Below, in pieces: positions 1-6,240 of a DNA stretch of 7,694 nt; the first letter of the stretch is position 1, and the number at the start of each line of letters is the position of its first letter. Both the position numbers and the translations under genes were made by a program. The notes beneath the pieces are model-generated. The model had not been told where the DNA came from, did not search any database, and saw only the letters and a list, made by a program, of their open reading frames with translations. Location of the stretch: positions 1-7,694 of the forward strand of contig RHPI01000461.1 of assembly GCA_009103225.1 (NCBI GenBank). Reading direction: 5' to 3'. This stretch comes from Chlorokybus atmophyticus (taxonomy: Eukaryota > Plantae > Mesostigma and Chlorokybus algae).

Positions 1-478
1 CGACGGCACAGCCTGGTTGTGCCGTCTGCGCCGAAGAAGTTGACTGCTTGTGCCGTGAACGGCACGCACTGCAGGCGCCATGTGCCAGGCTCGTGACATC
101 TTTGCCAGCGGCCTCTAAGCGTGGAGAAGCCCCTTTCCACATGCGTGCAGCACTGCCCCGCAAGTAGGATGCTAACAGAGCAACTACCTTGGCCTTATGC
201 CCAGGCAACACCTTAGCAGCACTCAACACACGCTTGCATCCAGACAACCAGTCACGTACAGCGACGCCAAGGTCCTTGCCTTTCCCCTCATGGGCGCCTT
301 ACAAGAACTCAAGGCGGGGCATCATCTTATGAGCATTTGCAGCTGTCAACTTAGCCAGCTGCCGCTCATGCTGTTCCTTCATGGATGTGCTTGCAGCCAA
401 CATGGCCTGCACCTGGTTCTGGAGATCAGCTACCTGAGCTGCTAGCGGGTTGGCAGCGTTTCCATCAGCCAATGCCAT
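1..478 (-). pseudogene. gag: Ty3/Gypsy retrotransposon gag (capsid) N-terminal part, disrupted; runs off the left edge
   Basis: Minus frame from ATG 478: MALADGNAANPLAAQVADLQNQVQAMLAAST...PRLEFL*GAHEGKGKDLGVAVRDWLSGCKRVLSAAKVLPGHKAKVVALLASYLRGSAARMWKG. The frame continues past a single TAA (301-299). The P-x-x-EF-x-x-G...VRDWL...KVVALLASYLRGSAARMW pattern resembles Ty3/Gypsy retrotransposon-gag domains (recognised by eye, no HMM run). A frameshift near ~90 is likely. Confidence 0.7.
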
Positions 479-768
479 CTCAAACTTTTCTGCTGTGCAC
501 AAGCACGCAATGAATGTGAATGCAACTGTCACACCCTCTCAACACTGCTTGGTGTGTATGCAATCAGAGATGGACACGATTACTGCCAGAGATAGCGTGA
601 GATACAGCCCACACCTGATATGCAAGTGTGCACGCAGCTGGAACAACCAACTAGCATGCAATCTCAGCCAGCAACACTGCTACAAAGCATATGCAACCAA
701 AGAGTGCAACGCATATGCCAGCGATAGATGTGCAAGCTGATGCACAAGCATGTAAGGCTTGGAACATC

Positions 769-780
769 GCGCCGATACTA
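769..780 (-). promoter_or_regulatory. Degenerate tRNA-iMet primer-binding site of the Gypsy element
   Basis: Minus strand reads ...CGTGACA-T-TAGTATCGGCGC, a 9/12 match to the canonical TGGTATCAGAGC, one base after an LTR-like end and upstream of gag. Confidence 0.45.
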
Positions 781-882
781 ATGTCACGTTGACCTCTCAA
801 TTTACCTGCTGAGAGCGTCACAAACTTCTGCACAAGCAGTTCAACTTACTGCACACCTTGCAATTGTTGAGATCCGGACTAG

Positions 883-920
883 CCCACTCGGCTAGCCTCG
901 CGCGAGGCTAGCCGAGTGGG
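883..920. repeat. Perfect 38-bp palindrome, centre 901/902
   Basis: CCCACTCGGCTAGCCTCGC|GCGAGGCTAGCCGAGTGGG. Confidence 0.97.
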
Positions 921-1001
921 AACAAGGTGCGGCCCTAGCGACCTGAGTTCAAGTCCCACCGGACGCACTGCAAAATGGCAGTGAGAGAGAGCCCGATTTT
1001 T
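902..1001 (+). ncRNA. Degenerate tRNA-derived (SINE-head-like) Pol III unit, copy 1, internally deleted
   Basis: A box TAGCCGAGTGG 909-919, B box GAGTTCAAGTCC 945-956, TTTTT 997-1001. Confidence 0.55.
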
Positions 1002-1105
1002 GGCACTGCTCCATAATTCGGCGCGGCAAGTGAAGCCGCCGCAGTAGCTCGCGCGCTCGTTATAAGACAGCCAGGGACGGGGACTACCGCGCGCCAAGGA
1101 CGCCT

Positions 1106-1306
1106 AGAGCAAGCGGACTCTGTGGCCTTCTACACACGAGACAAATACAAGAAATTAAGCAACTATGAAGACAAGAACAAGGCGAAAGGCAGCAACTTAA
1201 AGTTCAAGAATCTCACATGCCACTATTGTGGTATTAAAGGACATATCTCAAAGGATTGTCGTAAGCGCCAACGAGAGCAATCTGAAGCAGGCACCAGTAG
1301 CAACGC
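1106..1306 (+). pseudogene. gag: Ty1/Copia gag C-terminal fragment with CCHC zinc knuckle
   Basis: Encodes EQADSVAFYTRDKYKK...CHYCGIKGHISKDC (C-x2-C-x4-H-x4-C); identical to the copy at 6276-6476, which continues into PR and INT. Confidence 0.9.
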
Positions 1307-1797
1307 NAGCTTCAGCCAGGCACCCCACACACAAGTAGCTCTGCAAGGCCACCAACCAATTGCCACCACAAGGTGGCAGTCATGCCCTTATTCTACCTGC
1401 TGCTCTCCACCCTGGCACATAGGTTGTCCAAGGCCAACAAGGCCTCGCCACCTATGCGCTGACCTGTTAGCACAGGCTGACTTTGTCCATCTTCGGTGTG
1501 ACGGTGCTCGTGCCTTGTCACCTGTGAGTTGGTCCAATCAACAACCCTCTCACCAAGACACGGTATTCACACCGGAAGCTTGCCCCCTTTGCCAAGCACG
1601 CACGCGCGCCCCGCCACTCGCGTGCGCACGCGTATGCGCTCGAAGCTACACACCGACTCATATAGCGCCTTGATTCGTCACACAAGCAAGCACACACCGG
1701 TGGACACACGCTAGCAACCCCTGCTAACCACCACCACCAGGCTTGCACACAAGAAACTAGGGAGCTAAAGGTTGTATTGCAAATTGTAGAATGTCAC

Positions 1798-1804
1798 TTT
1801 TATA
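1798..1804 (-). promoter_or_regulatory. Candidate TATA box in the LTR U3 region
   Basis: TATAAAA on the minus strand, about 360 nt inside the inferred LTR start and oriented toward gag. Confidence 0.35.
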
Positions 1805-2459
1805 CCTACCAGTCTGCACATGCTACTGTCTAGACGATTCTAGCGCTAGACGGAACTAGAAGCTAATATATTCTTGCAGAATCTTGTAGTACTTCTAGAC
1901 CTTTCCGACGCACCAAAGATCTCCTCATTTGCTGCTCATATGGTCAAGTTATACTTCTCGGCGCCAGGCCCTTCCAGAAATCTGGTTGAGCCCTTCTCGA
2001 CTGGCCCTCCATTTTCTGGCATCTTCCAGACTGGCCCTGGGCCGGTCGATATCTGCGGCAGACTCGCAACTCGCCGATATCCGCCACAAGTCATGAAAAA
2101 CATGGTATCTCACGAATAAGGCCTAAAATGGCCATGAAAATCACGAAATTTGGCCTTGACTGTTACACTCGGACACATTAACATAGGCAGCATACTTGCT
2201 GCCTGTGCGACTCTGCGCATTGACACAGACCAGTCCTGTACTTACTGATGGACAGTGCCATGTGTGATTGCTAGGTCCTTATACACTGCTTGCATAAGAA
2301 CTGATTTCATGAGCACATATGCCAGGTGCTACACACACCATGACTATACGGAATCCTCACTTAGTCTTTCTTACTTACCACATAAGTAAGGAACTGAGGG
2401 TGACTTAAGCCAGTTCCTTGCACGTGACATATATGTGTAACACGTTTTTCATTGTATAT

Positions 2460-2495
2460 ATACATAGTACAATTTTAATACATAGTACAATTTTA
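2460..2495. repeat. Exact 18-bp tandem duplication
   Basis: ATACATAGTACAATTTTA x2 (2460-2477, 2478-2495). Confidence 0.95.
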
Positions 2496-2865
2496 ACTGA
2501 ACTCTGCCAATCAAACACTTACGACATGCCATGCGACATCGCACCATATCGTTCCATATCATAACATGTGTTGTCACAGCGGAAATATGCCGGCATATGA
2601 TGTCATATGACGTAATATGGCGCGGCGTCGCTGGACATCGTGAGTTCCCTGCGCAACATGTTAACAGAGATTCAGTCAAACTGTGGTTCGTGCATAATGT
2701 GTCCTGCGTATGATGGGATATCATACGCGCCCGGGCGATATGATCGATGACTACCACGGCCCGGAAACCAAGTTGCATGCAAGCTCTTGGACAGCAGTGA
2801 CGCCAAGATTGTCGAGCTTAGCGGCCGCGTTGTTCGTTTGTGCATTGCGTCGTCTTCTTTCTCAG

Positions 2866-3080
2866 GTCCATGGCGGGTTCTCGGCGTGTTGCCACCTTCG
2901 AAAAATTACTTCGTCCGTTGCATCTATGGCTGCAACCTCACGGGCCTACACAAAGGCTGGATCGCTAGAGTGGGAGTGCAAAATTTCAGGTCTCACCTTA
3001 CTAGCGGTGTTCACAAGGACGCTTTCAATGCATTAACACGCCAACAGCAAGACGACTTGCTGAAGTACTGGTTGGATCTG
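2866..3080 (+). CDS. Putative coding exon with a C2H2 (U1/matrin-like) zinc finger; possibly an upstream exon of the RING gene
   Basis: Frame encodes PWRVLGVLPPSKNYFVRCIYGCNLTGLHKGWIARVGVQNFRSHLTSGVHKDAFNALTRQQQDDLLKYWLDL (C-x3-C...F-x2-HL-x-S-x2-H). It is bounded by the acceptor TCTTCTTTCTCAG (ends 2865) and the donor GTGAGT (3081). The start codon and the downstream joining are unresolved. Confidence 0.5.
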
Positions 3081-3263
3081 GTGAGTCCTGCATGGTAGCA
3101 TGCATTGTGCATGTTTGAATAGTAAACTGTTCCACAGCTTGAGAGTTCAACAATGCGCAATGTCACTATCAATTTACTTTGAGTGCATGTTGCTGTTTGC
3201 ATAATGGCACATGGGATGGACTTATGTGGGATTGTAATCATCTATGTACTTGTTGCCACTTAG

Positions 3264-5027
3264 GGTCGGGCTGCAGTGGCACGACACAACTCCAATCCTA
3301 CTGTGGGTGCCTTTATGCCAGTTGCTGGAACGTGGCCTTTGCAGCAACCAACCCCCCTGCCATTGTCGCTGCATGATGTTCTGCACCCTGTCGAAATCTT
3401 ATACGATCCTAATCTTATTGACGACTCCAATGCCAGTGCCTTGACGGTGCCCACAGGTATGTGACTGCTTCGTGGTGACATTAACGGTTTCATTGAATGC
3501 ATGTATCCCAGCAGGTCTTCGTGTGACTCCGTCTAAGCGCCGTAGGAATTTGTCTATGGCGCCGGATACTCCCACCACGTCTTATGTCACTGACGCTGAA
3601 ACAGGTGATCAATGTCATCGTTGCAGAGGTTCCCACCTGATCCGTGAATTATATGAACGCAGGGGAAGCAATGCCGCGGTTGCCAACTCACCAATTTACA
3701 CCTGAGCTTATGCGTGCTGCTATCGACACCTTCAGTGGCCACCTGACTCGTGAAGTACAAAACAACGCTCGTCTACAAAACGAAAGTAAGGGAAATTGTG
3801 GCATTGTTTTGATATACACCACTGATGGCATTGTTGGCAGATTTCAAACTAGTTGACGAGAACACAGTCCTTCGCGAGCGTAACCTGAAGCAAGCAGAGC
3901 AGCTACGCCGCAACCAGACACAGCCTGATCCCCAGATCGCTGCAAAGCTGTTAAAAATGATCAGTGAAATCAATGGTCTGCGTGCAGGCCATGCTGCTGC
4001 AGAACAACGCTCTGCTGACCTGGAGCGTGCATTACACGAAGAGCGTGCTGAGCACGTTAAAATGACAGAAAGTGTTAAAAACGCAGACGCAGCAAGCATC
4101 GTGGGTTTACGCAACCAGCTGACAGAAGTTCAGCGCAGGGCCACACAGTTGCAGCAACACAATGAGGGTAATGATGCAAGATTGGCGCGCCTGCAATGCC
4201 AGATTGGAGAAGCCAACCAGACAATTGCTGCACAAAAAAAAAAGGTGTGTGTGGCTGCACTGTTAGATTTTCCAGCAACTGACATTCTGTTGTAGATCTT
4301 AGAGTTGACAAGCGTCCTGCGTCTTCAAACGGCAAACTGGCGATTTCGTGAGCGTGTTGAACCCAATGGCGTGCAGTTCGAGAGCTTCCAGCAGGAACTG
4401 GAAGTCACCAGAAAGGAGTTGGACAGCTTGGCAAAATACATGTTGAAAGAGATCGACCTTGACGGACAGGTACTGAACAATTACAATTATGACAATTATC
4501 AACAAATGCAACACCTTGGTGTTCATTGGTTGGTGTGCCAGGTATCGCTCCTCAATCGCAGAGATGTTAAAAGGCAGCTGCAACTGCAACTATACCAAAC
4601 ACTATGGGAGAAGCTTTGTACCTACCTCTGCACAGTTGCCCCGTTGTTGCGTGAAGCAGCAACAACCGAAGAAATGCAGCAACATGTGCGCCAGGACTAC
4701 AAGGGCAAGCGCGTGGTAGACAGTGAAGACAACACATGCGGGATCTGTTGCGAGCAGAAGCCAGTGGAAGTGTTGTTACCAATGCCATGTTGCGGAGCTA
4801 CACTGTGCCGTCAGTGCTTGAAGAAGCTGCGCACAGGATCTCACCCTCAAGTTGAGTGTCCTTTCTGCCGCCGCTTTCAACTTATTTTTATGCAGCGCCC
4901 ACCACGTGGTGTAGAGCTCCCCGATTTCCCTGTATATGAACTCAGCAGCAGTGACGATGATGAGGATGTTGACACACACAATACCGGTGCTGCTGGCGCT
5001 GGGCCTTCGCAGCCACCCCCCCCCTGA
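3264..5027 (+). CDS. Multi-exon coiled-coil + RING-finger protein (putative E3 ubiquitin ligase); join(3264?..3456,3515..3604,3663..3785,3841..4244,4296..5027)
   Basis: Four GT-AG introns (3457-3514, 58 nt; 3605-3662, 58 nt; 3786-3840, 55 nt; 4245-4295, 51 nt), three with CTGAT/CTGAC branch motifs, join ORFs from three different frames in register into 1542 nt (513 aa + TGA). Junctions read VPT|GLRVTPSKRRR, DAET|GEAMPR, RLQNE|NFKLVDEN and QKKK|ILELT. The product has heptad-like helical segments and the RING CGIC-x11-PCCGATLCRQC-x13-CPFC. The 5' end is uncertain (acceptor at 3263, or ATG at 3315). Confidence 0.8.
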
Positions 5028-5065
5028 GTAGACCTGTATCATGGAACCCNNNNNNNNNNNNNNNN

Positions 5066-6040
5066 CTAACCCTAACCCTAACCCTAACCCTAACCCTAAC
5101 CCTAACCCTAACCCTAACCCTAACCCTAACCCTAACCCTAACCCTAACCCTAACCCTAACCCTAACCCTAACCCTAACCCTAACCCTAACCCTAACCCTA
5201 ACCCTAACCCTAACCCTAACCCTAACCCTAACCCTAACCCTAACCCTAACCCTAACCCTAACCCTAACCCTAACCCTAACCCTAACCCTAACCCTAACCC
5301 TAACCCTAACCCTAACCCTAACCCTAACCCTAACCCTAACCCTAACCCTAACCCTAACCCTAACCCTAACCCTAACCCTAACCCTAACCCTAACCCTAAC
5401 CCTAACCCTAACCCTAACCCTAACCCTAACCCTAACCCTAACCCTAACCCTAACCCTAACCCTAACCCTAACCCTAACCCTAACCCTAACCCTAACCCTA
5501 ACCCTAACCCTAACCCTAACCCTAACCCTAACCCTAACCCTAACCCTAACCCTAACCCTAACCCTAACCCTAACCCTAACCCTAACCCTAACCCTAACCC
5601 TAACCCTAACCCTAACCCTAACCCTAACCCTAACCCTAACCCTAACCCTAACCCTAACCCTAACCCTAACCCTAACCCTAACCCTAACCCTAACCCTAAC
5701 CCTAACCCTAACCCTAACCCTAACCCTAACCCTAACCCTAACCCTAACCCTAACCCTAACCCTAACCCTAACCCTAACCCTAACCCTAACCCTAACCCTA
5801 ACCCTAACCCTAACCCTAACCCTAACCCTAACCCTAACCCTAACCCTAACCCTAACCCTAACCCTAACCCTAACCCTAACCCTAACCCTAACCCTAACCC
5901 TAACCCTAACCCTAACCCTAACCCTAACCCTAACCCTAACCCTAACCCTAACCCTAACCCTAACCCTAACCCTAACCCTAACCCTAACCCTAACCCTAAC
6001 CCTAACCCTAACCCTAACCCTAACCCTAACCCTAACCCTA
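5066..6040 (+). repeat. Telomeric repeat array (CCCTAA)n, i.e. TTAGGG type, about 162 units, uninterrupted
   Basis: 975 nt of perfect hexamer repeat with the C-rich strand on +; preceded by 16 n. Confidence 0.99.
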
Positions 6041-6083
6041 GCCCACTCGGCTAGCCTCGCGCGAGGCTAGCCGAGTGGGCTAG
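6038..6083. repeat. Perfect 46-bp palindrome abutting the telomeric array, centre 6060/6061
   Basis: CTAGCCCACTCGGCTAGCCTCGC|GCGAGGCTAGCCGAGTGGGCTAG; the first 3 nt (CTA) are shared with the last telomeric repeat. Confidence 0.98.
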
Positions 6084-6176
6084 TCCGGATTTCAACAAAA
6101 GGTGCTGCCCTAGCGACCTGAGTTCAAGTCCCACCGGACGCACTGCAAAATGGCAGTGAGAGAGAGCCCGATTTTT
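6061..6176 (+). ncRNA. Degenerate tRNA-Leu-like Pol III unit / SINE-like head, copy 2
   Basis: A box TAGCCGAGTGG begins at position 8 counted from 6061 (6068-6078), as in tRNAs. B box GAGTTCAAGTCC is at 6120-6131. The 82-nt span 6061-6142 has class II tRNA length and resembles tRNA-Leu motifs recalled from memory (GCCGAGTGGTCTA; GTGGGTTCRAATCCCAC). It is followed by the hairpin CACTGC-AAAATG-GCAGTG and TTTTT at 6172-6176. The anticodon and acceptor stems do not pair. Confidence 0.6.
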
Positions 6177-6240
6177 GGCACTGCTCCATAATTCGGCGCG
6201 GCAAGTGAAGCCGCCGCAGTAGCTCGCGCGCTCGTTGTAA

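Larger units (their letters stand above)
864..1306 (+). repeat. Composite repeat copy 1: inverted head (864-901) + tRNA-like element (902-~1105) + Copia gag zinc-knuckle fragment (1106-1306)
   Basis: 902-1306 aligns to 6061-6476 with a 14-nt and a 2-nt deletion, 2 substitutions and a 5-nt insertion (CGCCT), all in the non-Copia part. 1106-1306 is identical to 6276-6476. It ends at the n at 1307. Confidence 0.95.
782..2167 (-). mobile_element. Probable 5' LTR of the Gypsy element, interrupted by the 864-1306 composite and an assembly gap
   Basis: Minus strand starts TGTAACA (2167) and ends CGTGACA (782), i.e. TG...CA ends with a 5/6 inverted match. It is followed by a PBS-like motif and gag, and holds a correctly oriented TATAAAA. 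Only one LTR is in the window and there is a gap inside, so the boundaries are inferred. Confidence 0.45.

Noticed and set aside
879-1097. Minus-strand ORFs 879-1097 and 6051-6272 with similar proteins
   Set aside because: They are similar only because the DNA is duplicated. They start at non-ATG codons and show no domain signal.
1619-1639. 14-bp palindrome CGCGTGCGCACGCG in an alternating purine-pyrimidine tract (Z-DNA potential)
   Set aside because: It is short and sits in low-complexity GC/CA-rich LTR sequence, with no independent sign of function.
2185-2420. Hammerhead or HDV-like ribozyme here or in the tRNA-like element
   Set aside because: No CTGANGA...GAAA core was found (only CTGATGG, CTGAGGG, CTGAGTT), and an HDV fold cannot be supported by eye; an Infernal search would be needed.
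4293-4295. Alternative genetic code (TAA/TAG = Gln) suggested by same-frame continuation at 4293-4295 and at 299-301
   Set aside because: The TAG is the acceptor of a 51-nt GT-AG intron with a CTGAC branch site, and the TAA lies in a decaying gag. The 484-codon Copia frame uses CAA/CAG for Gln with no TAA/TAG.
5041-6054. 337-aa Asn-Pro repeat ORF
   Set aside because: It is only the translation of (CCCTAA)n across an n gap.
6061-6142. Functional tRNA, including tRNA-Sec (TTTCAAC with a TCA triplet; CTAGCGAC recalls the vertebrate Sec variable arm)
   Set aside because: The anticodon stem cannot pair, and the acceptor and T stems are mismatched. The D-loop and T-arm text is closer to tRNA-Leu, and the inverted copy reads CTCAA there. 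The Sec resemblance is probably chance.
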